The translations under genes and the position numbers were made by a program. The notes beneath the pieces were generated by a model, which was not told the origin of the DNA, did not search any database, and saw only the letters and a list, made by a program, of their open reading frames with translations. A stretch of DNA of 64,000 nt, taken from IMG/VR virus record IMGVR_UViG_3300037467_003067, positions 96,001 to 160,000 of that record; one strand, 5' to 3'. Below, piece by piece: positions 55,689 to 64,000 of the stretch. How positions within the stretch are numbered: position 1 is the stretch's first letter; each line of letters begins with the position of its first letter. Origin of the DNA: a virus. Its lineage: Duplodnaviria > Caudoviricetes.

Positions 55689-57194
55689 ATGGTTGCTTTA
55701 GATCCAAAGAAAATGCTTAAAGAAGCGGTCCAAAAAGCACAAGATTGTTTCAAAGTCGGAGAACTGGAATACGGTCAGGAAATTCTAGTTCAAGTCCTCC
55801 GGTGTGATCCTGATAACCAAGCCGCAATCCAACTTCTCGGAATCTTCCACCACAAGTGCCGAAGATATAGGGAGGCAATCCCTTTCTTTGAAAAAGCAAT
55901 CAGCCTAGACCCATCAAATCCAGATAATTACAACAATTTGGCTCTGTGTCAAACATCGGTTGGTCATACGGAAATTGCGATTGCCAATCTCGAAAAAGCC
56001 ATTTCCATCAATCCTAATGATGTCAAATACCACAACAATTTAGCACTTCAATACAGACGCCAGAAAAATTATGACAAAGCACTTGAAGCTCTCAATAAGG
56101 CTGTGGAGATTGATCCGAATGATACGCAAGTTTGGTCTAATCTAGGAGGTATATATGGAGAAACCCGAGATTTAGATAAAGCCATCGAATGTTATAAGAC
56201 TGCTTTGAGCCTAGATCCCAATATGGCATCAGCCCACGTCGACCTTGCTTACACGTACCACATGGTAGGTAACTATAAGGAAGCCTGGAAAGAGTACGAG
56301 TATCGTTTCGACTTCTTCGACCACCTTTGGTTTTACAACAATCGGTATAATCCCGCTCTAAGGTGGAAGACTCACGACCTAGATTTGACTAATAAGACTA
56401 TCATTCTTTATTGCGAGCAAGGCTTGGGTGATACGCTCAACTTTGTCCGCTACATCCCCATTCTCAAAGACCGATTTGACTGCAAAGTCATTCTCCATTG
56501 TTCTGATAATCTCCAATCGCTCCTTAGGGCTTCCGAACTCGGGATCAACGAGTTCTTCACGGTCCCGATCGTGATCATGAAGCCCGAGCATATCCCGCCG
56601 CACGACCACCACGCCTCGCTGATGAGTCTGCCCTACTTGCTCGACCTCAACTTCATCCCGAGGAGCCCATACCTCAAACCAACGGTCCAGGAGAAGGTCG
56701 ATCTGGGATACGAAGGTTACAAGAAAATCGGTATCTGCTGGGCGGGTAGCCCGCAACACCCGAACGATTCGATTAGGTCGTGCTATTTGAACATGTTCAG
56801 GGATATCCACGATCTCCCCGGAGTCAAGCTCTACAGCCTCCAGGAGAATTACAGCGCCAGGATATACCCCAACGGCATGACGCCCGTGGACTACACGGAG
56901 AAATCCCACGGCATGAAGATAGTCGACCTCAGAGACCACATGAGTAGTTTCGAGAATACAGCTAATTTGCTCACCGGACTCGATTTGGTCATCACCGTCG
57001 ATACGGCGTTGCTTCATCTTTGCGGGGCGTTGGGAATCCCCACGATTGGGCTGATTTCTTATTTGCCGGATTGGAGATGGGGGACCGAGGGTGAGACCAC
57101 GCCGTGGTACGATAGCGTGACATTGGCGCGGCAGCAGGAATTGGGCGACTGGAAGGGGTTGTTTGAAACCGTTCTGAAGAAGGTGTCTGGATGA
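55689..57194 (+). CDS. TPR-repeat + GT9-like glycosyltransferase
   Basis: About 5 TPRs; EQGLGDTLNFVRY, IGICWAGSP, DLVITVDTALLHLCGALG, DWRWG. Confidence 0.85.
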   Translation: MVALDPKKMLKEAVQKAQDCFKVGELEYGQEILVQVLRCDPDNQAAIQLLGIFHHKCRRYREAIPFFEKAISLDPSNPDNYNNLALCQTSVGHTEIAIANLEKAISINPNDVKYHNNLALQYRRQKNYDKALEALNKAVEIDPNDTQVWSNLGGIYGETRDLDKAIECYKTALSLDPNMASAHVDLAYTYHMVGNYKEAWKEYEYRFDFFDHLWFYNNRYNPALRWKTHDLDLTNKTIILYCEQGLGDTLNFVRYIPILKDRFDCKVILHCSDNLQSLLRASELGINEFFTVPIVIMKPEHIPPHDHHASLMSLPYLLDLNFIPRSPYLKPTVQEKVDLGYEGYKKIGICWAGSPQHPNDSIRSCYLNMFRDIHDLPGVKLYSLQENYSARIYPNGMTPVDYTEKSHGMKIVDLRDHMSSFENTANLLTGLDLVITVDTALLHLCGALGIPTIGLISYLPDWRWGTEGETTPWYDSVTLARQQELGDWKGLFETVLKKVSG

Positions 57195-57994
57195 TCTACT
57201 ACCGAATCAGCGACCAGAGCTATCCCAAAGTCAAACTGCCCGGCGCTACCAAACAAGTGTGCTTTAATAACTTCAAGTATTCTATTGGAAAACATCCATA
57301 TGAAGTTATATTTGATAATTGCAAAAAAGAAACGGTTGAGTCCCTAGTCAATCAAGGGATCAACCGTTTCCACGAGACTCAATTGGGCAACGCTGGATCA
57401 TTCCGATTTGCGATGGACCTGGCGAAGGTAGAGCACAGACCCGAGTACGAGGCAATCTACTTCGTAGAGGACGATTACCTGCATCTTCCCACAGCCACCA
57501 TCGAGTTGATCGAAGAAGGCTTGGAAATAGCCGATTACGTGACGCTCTACGACCATCCCGACAAGTACAGCAAGGATTACGACTTCGGCGAAGTTTCCAA
57601 GGTGATGAGGACTAAGTCCTCATACTGGCGGCACACGATCAGCACGTGTATGACGTTCGCCACCACCGTGAGGAAGTTGGTCGAGGACGAGGATATCTGG
57701 ACCAAGTATCTGGGAGGGCAGCACCCCCATGATCACCTGATCTTCACGGAGTTGCACCAGAAGGGAAGGAAGTTGGCGGTCAGCATTCCGGGGCATGCCT
57801 GCCATTGTGATCCAACATGGGGAGGGATGGAGGCGATTGAGGATTGGGCTGTTGACATGATGTGGAATGAATATTCAAAGGATGCTATCTCTAACCCGCA
57901 GTTCTTTAATTACATAAAACTTATTTTTGAAATGAATACAAGCAAGGTGGATAAGCTGAAAATGATGATCGGCTTGCTCCACGGTCAAAACTGA
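57191..57994 (+). CDS. GT-A-like glycosyltransferase candidate
   Basis: IYFVEDDYLH (DxD-like), YVTLYDHPDKY, STCMTFA. Confidence 0.6.
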   Translation: MIYYRISDQSYPKVKLPGATKQVCFNNFKYSIGKHPYEVIFDNCKKETVESLVNQGINRFHETQLGNAGSFRFAMDLAKVEHRPEYEAIYFVEDDYLHLPTATIELIEEGLEIADYVTLYDHPDKYSKDYDFGEVSKVMRTKSSYWRHTISTCMTFATTVRKLVEDEDIWTKYLGGQHPHDHLIFTELHQKGRKLAVSIPGHACHCDPTWGGMEAIEDWAVDMMWNEYSKDAISNPQFFNYIKLIFEMNTSKVDKLKMMIGLLHGQN

Positions 57995-58016
57995 AACCGT
58001 GGAGCAAGCCGAAAGG

Positions 58017-59627
58017 TTAATTCTTCGCCAGGCTCGCGCCCATCTGAGCCATGTACGCCTCTTGCATCCGTCGAATACGTGGGTCGAAAGTATCACAGCC
58101 CGGCACAGGGGTCAACTCCCGCCACGACCCCCACGCCCTGCCCCTGGTCTCGGAGAAGAGCTCCCAATTGGGCGTGCGATTCTTAACTCCGGGGCGACCG
58201 TCGAAGACGATCTGGAGATTGCCCGAATTGCCATCAATCAGATCTTTGACCGAGATCGGATACACCCGATCTTTCTTTCGGTCGCATCGGACTCCAACCG
58301 GGCAGGGGATGGATCGCTTCCAGAGGTTCTCCGACCCCTTCATGACTTGGGCATATCCCTGCTCGTACAGTCGCGAGCCATAGAGCAGGTCGCCTGCACC
58401 AATGAGACAGGTCTTATATCCTTCTTCGGTGTCGGACCGTACTGCGCGGTGATTGTACTCGCCCATGCCAATGGCAAGGTTGATTGGGCTATACCCAGCG
58501 GAGATCACGGCAGGAAAGAGTTTGCTGAAAAGAATGGTGTCGCTGACACCATCCCCCTGGAGGATACCGCACAGGTTCAATACTCGCAAGCCGCCAGCCT
58601 CGGCGGTCGCCTTCTCGTTGATACCGAAACCTTGTTCATCGAAGATCCTCATCCCTTGGATGACGGTTTCGACCACATCCCCAGAATCAGGACGACCGAC
58701 GAGAAAGCCGCCTTTGACCTTGATGACCTGGGCATACGAAGCGAGTTTCCACATGCCGTCGAGGTAGTTATAGGAATCGGCGACGAAGGCAAGAAACCCG
58801 TCGCCGAATCGCTCGATGGCATTCCGGATCGAATCATCTTCGGTCGGCCAAGTGGTTACCGTACGGTGGGCAGCAGCCATGATCGAGGATGCACCGAATG
58901 GTTCCTCGGCGTTGTAATCCATCTGGGCGAGGAATGCAGCATCGCACGTATCGGTCCCGAGCCAGTTGATCAGGTGAGCGATGCCGGTGATCAAGGTCGA
59001 TGCGCCGCCACGGCGACCGAAGTCATGGAATTTATAAGCGCACATGGCAGCCAGTTCTTCATCGCTCTTGTCGCGATAGACTTTGCGATAGACGTCAATG
59101 TAGGCGTCTTTGCGAATCCGACCACGAGTCGCGACGACCGAGGATGTCCAGAGATAGGGCAGCATAGATGATTCAATCCAGCCCACAAGTTCGCCCATCC
59201 CTGGTTCATCACAAAAAACCTGGACGTGTGGTTCGCCGACATAGTGGGCTTGTCCGTCCGGCAAAGCTGCGATCACAATGGGAGGAATGCCGCCGTATTC
59301 CTTGACCAAACGCAGGAACATCTCTTCCGGGAATGGGTAAGGCTTGGAATACGGCGGTTGTGACGATGCGTGAAAGGTCGAATAGAATTTATTCGACCGA
59401 GTCACGTCCCGCATCGTCACGGCATCGAGGAGGTTGGTTTCGACGTAGGGACGAATCCCCGCCGATAGTAACCTCTGATCGGCACGTTCGTCGCCCCCGT
59501 ATCGCAAGGGTTTTCGAAACACGCCCTGAGAACACTGGAAGTCCAGCATGCCAGGCGGGACCAATTCAAAATGTCCAGCTTGATAAGCGTCCACGTTCAC
59601 CGGCATCGGCGTGCGGTAGGTTCTCAT
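58017..59627 (-). CDS. nicotinamide phosphoribosyltransferase-like (NAMPT/NadV family)
   Basis: DAYQAGH, FHDFGRRG, AHL.N..GTD, SIMAAAH, VADSY, RPDSGD, ILQGDGV, GMG. Confidence 0.8.
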   Translation of the reverse strand: MRTYRTPMPVNVDAYQAGHFELVPPGMLDFQCSQGVFRKPLRYGGDERADQRLLSAGIRPYVETNLLDAVTMRDVTRSNKFYSTFHASSQPPYSKPYPFPEEMFLRLVKEYGGIPPIVIAALPDGQAHYVGEPHVQVFCDEPGMGELVGWIESSMLPYLWTSSVVATRGRIRKDAYIDVYRKVYRDKSDEELAAMCAYKFHDFGRRGGASTLITGIAHLINWLGTDTCDAAFLAQMDYNAEEPFGASSIMAAAHRTVTTWPTEDDSIRNAIERFGDGFLAFVADSYNYLDGMWKLASYAQVIKVKGGFLVGRPDSGDVVETVIQGMRIFDEQGFGINEKATAEAGGLRVLNLCGILQGDGVSDTILFSKLFPAVISAGYSPINLAIGMGEYNHRAVRSDTEEGYKTCLIGAGDLLYGSRLYEQGYAQVMKGSENLWKRSIPCPVGVRCDRKKDRVYPISVKDLIDGNSGNLQIVFDGRPGVKNRTPNWELFSETRGRAWGSWRELTPVPGCDTFDPRIRRMQEAYMAQMGASLAKN

Positions 59628-59661
59628 CTAGACTCTCATCATGAGAAGAAAGGAAGTTCGT

Positions 59662-61068
59662 TCACTTTCGGCGACGGTGCGGAGTGTCGAACTTCCCGTT
59701 GCGGAAGGCTTCCATCGATTGCTCAAATTGTCCGTTGGACGACGATCTACGAGCAATTTCTTCGTCGCTGGGATAGAAGTCATCGTCGATCTTGACGCCG
59801 TGGTCGCGCTGCTGGCGACGGTACATACTCTTGAGATCATTGTAGGCGCTCTGGTCGGTATCGACCAGAGCCGGACCGTAGTCAAGCCAACTCTTCACCT
59901 CGCGGGGATCGTCGGTATCGAACTCCTTCATCAAGGAGAGACACACCTCAACCCAGCTATTGTTGCCACCAATCTCTCTGACGCGATCTTGTAAGACCAA
60001 TCGCATCTCGTCGGTGTTGGGGCGAGGCACGTAGATCTGGTGTCCGAACCGTGATCCCAGCGAACCCTTGTGGACGGTGTTCAGTAAGTTTCGGTCATTG
60101 CATGTAGCAATGCAAAGGAAATTTACCTTCACCTTGTCTTGCTTGAAGTGCGTGAATTTCGAAACTTCGGCACGCTCATCCAACATTGCCAGCCAAACTG
60201 TCAGGATATCGGGCGGCACTTTCTCGATTTCTTCCACGAAGACGAGCGGCGGGCAAGCATCGCGGAACGTGGTGCGGAAGAGACGGATGATCCCTGCCTT
60301 GGTCGCATTCGGCGCGTCAAGCGTGAAATGGGAACCTTTCGGAAACAGCCGCTTGAAACCGCGAAGGATGCGATATTTGGCAGCAGCAGGCGGTCCCCAA
60401 TAAAGAACATGGTTGCGAGAGAGGTCGACCAGCTTGTCTTTCCCGCCTTGTTTCTGAATCTCGGCGCTGCGTTGGAAGGCATCGATAGCACGAAGACCAC
60501 GCCGAATATGGGCTGCACGCCCATAGATGCCGCGAAACGCTTCGTGATCGTTGATCGCGGAATCGCCGCCCGTCAACAACTCCTGAGGTATCTTGAGTTC
60601 ATAGGGTGGGATGATGAGCGACGTGTCCATGTCTTCAATGTGGGAAATATCGTCATCTTCCGAAGCACATTCGGGATTATCGTTCGGCTTTTGCTTCCAC
60701 CGGTTGGCGCGGTCCTTCAGCACGGATTCGATCTCTTCGGCAGTTGGCGCTTCATCCCAAGTATAAGGGTGTTCACGGAACTTCTGGGGATGGTGCAGCA
60801 ATTGGTCTAGAACCACGCGCACCTCCAGTAGCGAAGTTGCTTCCTCAGTGACTTGGCGGATCGTGATGTCAGCACGATATTGCCATCGTTTGGTTGGAAA
60901 TTCCTTGAGGATCGGGTCCACCAATCGCTTCCGAGTGATCTCCCAGCCGCGAGTCTGCTTGTTGAATTGATCGAAGAGGAACCGTAAATGTTTCTTGACC
61001 ATTTCATCAGGAACCCGAGAACTAGTGAACCGCCACAGTGTCGTCTTGATGACTTCCAACTTGTCCAT
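59662..61068 (-). CDS. AAA+ ATPase with atypical Walker A
   Basis: HVLYWGPPAAAKY, LVFVEEIEK, IATCN, SRF; start trimmed to lie downstream of the promoter. Confidence 0.7.
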   Translation of the reverse strand: MDKLEVIKTTLWRFTSSRVPDEMVKKHLRFLFDQFNKQTRGWEITRKRLVDPILKEFPTKRWQYRADITIRQVTEEATSLLEVRVVLDQLLHHPQKFREHPYTWDEAPTAEEIESVLKDRANRWKQKPNDNPECASEDDDISHIEDMDTSLIIPPYELKIPQELLTGGDSAINDHEAFRGIYGRAAHIRRGLRAIDAFQRSAEIQKQGGKDKLVDLSRNHVLYWGPPAAAKYRILRGFKRLFPKGSHFTLDAPNATKAGIIRLFRTTFRDACPPLVFVEEIEKVPPDILTVWLAMLDERAEVSKFTHFKQDKVKVNFLCIATCNDRNLLNTVHKGSLGSRFGHQIYVPRPNTDEMRLVLQDRVREIGGNNSWVEVCLSLMKEFDTDDPREVKSWLDYGPALVDTDQSAYNDLKSMYRRQQRDHGVKIDDDFYPSDEEIARRSSSNGQFEQSMEAFRNGKFDTPHRRRK

Positions 61069-61123
61069 TGGACTTATCCCCTTTAGAGTGGCGGCGGGTT
61101 CGATATCGTCGATGTTCCTTTTT

Positions 61124-61152
61124 ATTGTATCCAAGGTAACTGAAACTGTAAA
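61124..61152 (-). promoter_or_regulatory. sigma70-like early promoter
   Basis: TTTACA-N17-TACAAT; preceded by a 15-bp hairpin 61152-61187. Confidence 0.7.
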
Positions 61153-61221
61153 CACGAAAACCGACTTGTGTTAGTCGGTTTTCGTGTCAAAATCGTCAAA
61201 GTTGGTTTTTAGGTGGTAAAT

Positions 61222-61695
61222 TTAGTCGATCAAGATGTCCACGCCTTCAAGGGGGTCTTCTACCAGAAGGGTATCGGCGGGCTGGGGCGTTGAAACGGGG
61301 ACGATCGCAGTGGCATCGTGAATCGGGCGAACCGACTGATCGGTCTTGGGCTTGAGGTGATGCTCGACGGCTCCCTCATTAGTGATGATCTCGGGTTGAT
61401 CTAAGATAAGTTTGTCAGTCATGCTATCATTCACTCCTTTTCCTGTTGGTGATTCTAACTCCTTGATTACTCGCAATTCGTGAGAACGAACCATCGCCAT
61501 GAAATAATTGTCACCCTCAAACAGCCCCCGAGGTCCAACCGCGCGGCTCCCTTTCGAATCCGGCTTTGGCAAGGTGAGAGTGGCATCCGAATTATTCTGG
61601 TAGACGTAGAGTCCGCTACCCGCGAGATCACGCTTTAGCTTGGCTCTCATAAACTCGCTACGCTCGTAGCGATTCATCTTCTTCTGGTATCGCAT
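61222..61695 (-). CDS. hypothetical protein
   Basis: 157 aa, TAGATA upstream. Confidence 0.7.
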   Translation of the reverse strand: MRYQKKMNRYERSEFMRAKLKRDLAGSGLYVYQNNSDATLTLPKPDSKGSRAVGPRGLFEGDNYFMAMVRSHELRVIKELESPTGKGVNDSMTDKLILDQPEIITNEGAVEHHLKPKTDQSVRPIHDATAIVPVSTPQPADTLLVEDPLEGVDILID

Positions 61696-61920
61696 TTTAA
61701 CCTTTACAAAATCAGCATTATCTATATAATAGTGTGTCTAAATTTAGCTTTGACCTAAGAATTTGTCTTAGGCGAATAATTTTGGGCATTTTTTCATTGC
61801 CTAAAATCGCAAACCCTGGTACAGTAGTACCGATCGATCGCGGGAACCAGAAGAAAACGACCTCTGCTAATTCGACCCGTCCCACACGAATTGAACCCAA
61901 GTGATTACGGAGAATCCAAG

Positions 61921-62307
61921 ATGAACGAGCCCCAAAAATGGTATCGGGCGTACCCTCAAGGCACCAAGCAAGGCGACGAAGAGCAGAAGTTCTTTAAGGC
62001 AATCGCGCGGCATCCCAAGTTCGACTGGCGAAGCGTTGCCTCGCTCTCAGCCGAGACCGGTCTGCCCAAGAAGCGGATCGAGGAGATCATCGCGAAGTAT
62101 TTCAAGGTCGGTATGGTCTTCCAGAACCCCAAGAACGAGGATCAGTGGGGCTATTGGGAAAATCATAAGAATCTCCTTCCCAAAGCCGCCCTGAGTATCT
62201 CCGACAAGGATACGAAGAATCGCCTTGACAAAGTGATCGGCAAGTCAAGCACGGCGACTGCGACCCCGGTCAAAAAGAAAAAGAAAGTCGTTGCCAGTAA
62301 TCCCTAA
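61921..62307 (+). CDS. hypothetical, possible winged-HTH protein
   Basis: WRSVASLSAETGLPKKRIEEII; basic tail; GGAG SD. Confidence 0.65.
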   Translation: MNEPQKWYRAYPQGTKQGDEEQKFFKAIARHPKFDWRSVASLSAETGLPKKRIEEIIAKYFKVGMVFQNPKNEDQWGYWENHKNLLPKAALSISDKDTKNRLDKVIGKSSTATATPVKKKKKVVASNP

Positions 62308-62378
62308 CAAAAATAGACCGGCACAGAACTTATCTCACATTCCGTGCCGGTCTATTCCTATTGCTTGTCCAATCCTCA

Positions 62379-62642
62379 TTAAAGAGGGGTGTTTCCAGCG
62401 TCCTTCTTGACCTTGTCGCCATACTTCTTGGCATTATCGAGATCAAGCTTCCAGGTCGCCTTGCGTCCGGCAAAACCAGCCTCAGGCAACTGATTTCGTC
62501 CGTAGCCAATCGGCAATAGCGGGTTTAAAGCAGTGCGGCGTCCGTTCTCGGATTGCTGTGCCCCGGTATTGGGATCGATGTCTACTAAAACCGAAGCCAG
62601 ATCGTACTGCTTCTCTTCAGCCCATTGTGTAAAAGTCTTCAT
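62379..62642 (-). CDS. small protein, capsid-targeting-like N-terminus
   Basis: MKTFTQWAEE; TATATA upstream. Confidence 0.7.
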   Translation of the reverse strand: MKTFTQWAEEKQYDLASVLVDIDPNTGAQQSENGRRTALNPLLPIGYGRNQLPEAGFAGRKATWKLDLDNAKKYGDKVKKDAGNTPL

Positions 62643-62763
62643 AATTTTACTCTTCCCCTTTATTCGATGCTTAATAGCACAATATTAAAACCGGAACTGT
62701 CTTGAGATTATATAGTTTTGTGCAATCAATTCTTATCAATTTTCCCAAGATAGGGACCAACCA

Positions 62764-63444
62764 ATGCCCGTGAAAGTTCAGCAAGTCAAAGTGTCGGCTG
62801 TCCATAACGACCTCCAAGATGCTTTCAATGACCGATCTTTGGTCATTTGTTCTTTTTGCGGCAAAAGTACGACGATGTCCAGTATATCTAGGGGTCTATG
62901 TGAGAAATTGTCCAAGCCAGACGAGCTTTTTTGTCGGTTCTGCCTGAGGAATAACCTGACCAGCAGGAACAACAAACACACCCTGATCCTCTCGTTCCGC
63001 AGCATCTTGGGCTATTACTACTACGCCTACTATAAGCCCAAGAGACGGCAAATGTACTTCTGCGAGATCAAGGATTTCATCCGGGTTCATCGAGCCGCTG
63101 GTTTGTCCAATCCCGTGTTCAACTACGACCCCGAATCTTTCCTTTGGTTCATCGATTTTGAGAAGGTGGGAACTATGGGAAGAAAGATCCCCATCGAAGA
63201 GGTCCATAAAACAATTGCGAACATCCTCTCTTGTTTCAATCTTTACGAAACCGTCCCCGGATTCCAGATGTACAAGTTCTTTGACAAGTACAAGGAAGCC
63301 ATTGACGTTTTTTATTCCCAGAGATCAAGACCGGAAGGTCACAAAATTCTCTGCCCCACCTTCAAGGCATGCGGCGTCTTCGAGACCAAAGATTTGCCGT
63401 TCGAGAAGACACGAGAATTCACGCCCAAGGATATGGTCGACTAA
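62764..63444 (+). CDS. hypothetical zinc-finger protein
   Basis: CSFC...CRFC; followed by a terminator. Confidence 0.7.
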   Translation: MPVKVQQVKVSAVHNDLQDAFNDRSLVICSFCGKSTTMSSISRGLCEKLSKPDELFCRFCLRNNLTSRNNKHTLILSFRSILGYYYYAYYKPKRRQMYFCEIKDFIRVHRAAGLSNPVFNYDPESFLWFIDFEKVGTMGRKIPIEEVHKTIANILSCFNLYETVPGFQMYKFFDKYKEAIDVFYSQRSRPEGHKILCPTFKACGVFETKDLPFEKTREFTPKDMVD

Positions 63445-63475
63445 AAAAGCCCCGGTTTTAAAGCCGGGGCTTTTC
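63445..63475. terminator. bidirectional terminator
   Basis: AAAAGCCCCGG/CCGGGGCTTTT. Confidence 0.75.
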
Positions 63476-63477
63476 GT

Positions 63478-63717
63478 TTATGCCGATTGAAACAACCGAC
63501 TAGGCATGGGCAAGGGAATCTGTGATCTTTCATAGATCATTCGCTTCCAAGTGAATTGGACACAGCCAGAAATTTGGCAGCCACCACCGTGGCAATCCAA
63601 GACCATTTCTCTCCCATCTCGCATTTCAACGAGATGATCGTGATCAGATCGCAACAACCCACAGTGACAGAGCTCATCGATCACTTGGAGGCGGGAAGAA
63701 GCATTTGATGGCATCAA
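63478..63717 (-). CDS. small Cys/His-rich hypothetical protein
   Basis: CHCG...CHGGGC...C; start uncertain (the strong-SD ATG at 63742 is in another frame). Confidence 0.4.
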   Translation of the reverse strand: MMPSNASSRLQVIDELCHCGLLRSDHDHLVEMRDGREMVLDCHGGGCQISGCVQFTWKRMIYERSQIPLPMPSRLFQSA

Positions 63718-63835
63718 TCTGGACTCCTAAAGCAAGTTGCATGATTTTCCTCCTCAAGGTCGGCGAGTCCTGTGGGGCGTCGTCGTCCCCACAGGACTCA
63801 TCATAACAAAGTCCTTCCGCGTTTACTACGTAAAA

Positions 63836-64000
63836 TCAGCGAAGAGAATGAGCCGTCCAAAAATCACCCGCCAAGTTGCCATCGGTGAGGTAGGCGTAAG
63901 GCATGTAGCAATAGCCACCAAGTCCCCAATTCGCTCCCCACGAATTCCTTACCAGAAACGCCTGCTTGCTGTCATCGTATCCCACCGCACACATCGCATG
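63836..64000 (-). CDS. papain-like C1 cysteine peptidase, C-terminal end (partial)
   Basis: Manual translation HAMCAVGYDD...FLVRNSWGANWGLGGYCYMPY. Confidence 0.88.
   Translation of the reverse strand, partial: HAMCAVGYDDSKQAFLVRNSWGANWGLGGYCYMPYAYLTDGNLAGDFWTAHSLR

Noticed and set aside
57999-59171. 390-aa plus-strand ORF and similar long antisense ORFs (43183, 46869, 49591, 56379, 60139)
   Set aside because: Shadow frames of well-supported opposite-strand genes, with no motifs.
63765-63799. 13-bp hairpin as a riboswitch or ncRNA
   Set aside because: Single stem after the peptidase stop; most simply a terminator or mRNA-stabilising hairpin.
1-64000. Genome-wide stop-codon reassignment (TAG or TGA)
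   Set aside because: Long genes are intact in code 11, and TAG/TGA end several well-defined genes. Only one in-frame TAG was seen.
1-64000. Bacterial chromosome or integrated prophage
   Set aside because: Metabolic genes are isolated among virion genes and phage promoters, with no host operons, integrase or att site in the window.

Overview
This window is the accessory region of a large, probably jumbo, T4-like tailed phage. There is no rRNA or host core operon. The T4-like assignment rests on tail-fibre, collagen and beta-helix virion genes, a shrunken gp23-like capsid paralog, T4-style late promoter motifs, and about 12 proteins with a T4-like capsid-targeting N-terminus. The window also carries two tRNAs, auxiliary metabolic genes (pyrC, gdhA, speD, NAMPT), a glycosyl-/methyltransferase set, peptide ligases, peptidases, homing-endonuclease-type genes and a TnpB remnant. 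The standout feature is a self-contained minus-strand unit at about 22200-20727. An early sigma70-type promoter precedes a conserved 249-aa protein of unknown function. A ~630-nt structured non-coding region follows, containing a multibranch GAAA-tetraloop domain and two circularly permuted tRNA mimics (T-arm, closed acceptor stem, D-arm; YrlA-like, with no Ro60 gene in the window). Their flanks carry anticodon-loop-like CU-NAR-R repeats, and the unit ends in an intrinsic terminator. A Trbp111-like tRNA-binding gene lies about 1.1 kb downstream. Several genes missing from the ORF track were found by manual translation. All family assignments are by-eye motif recognition; no searches were run.
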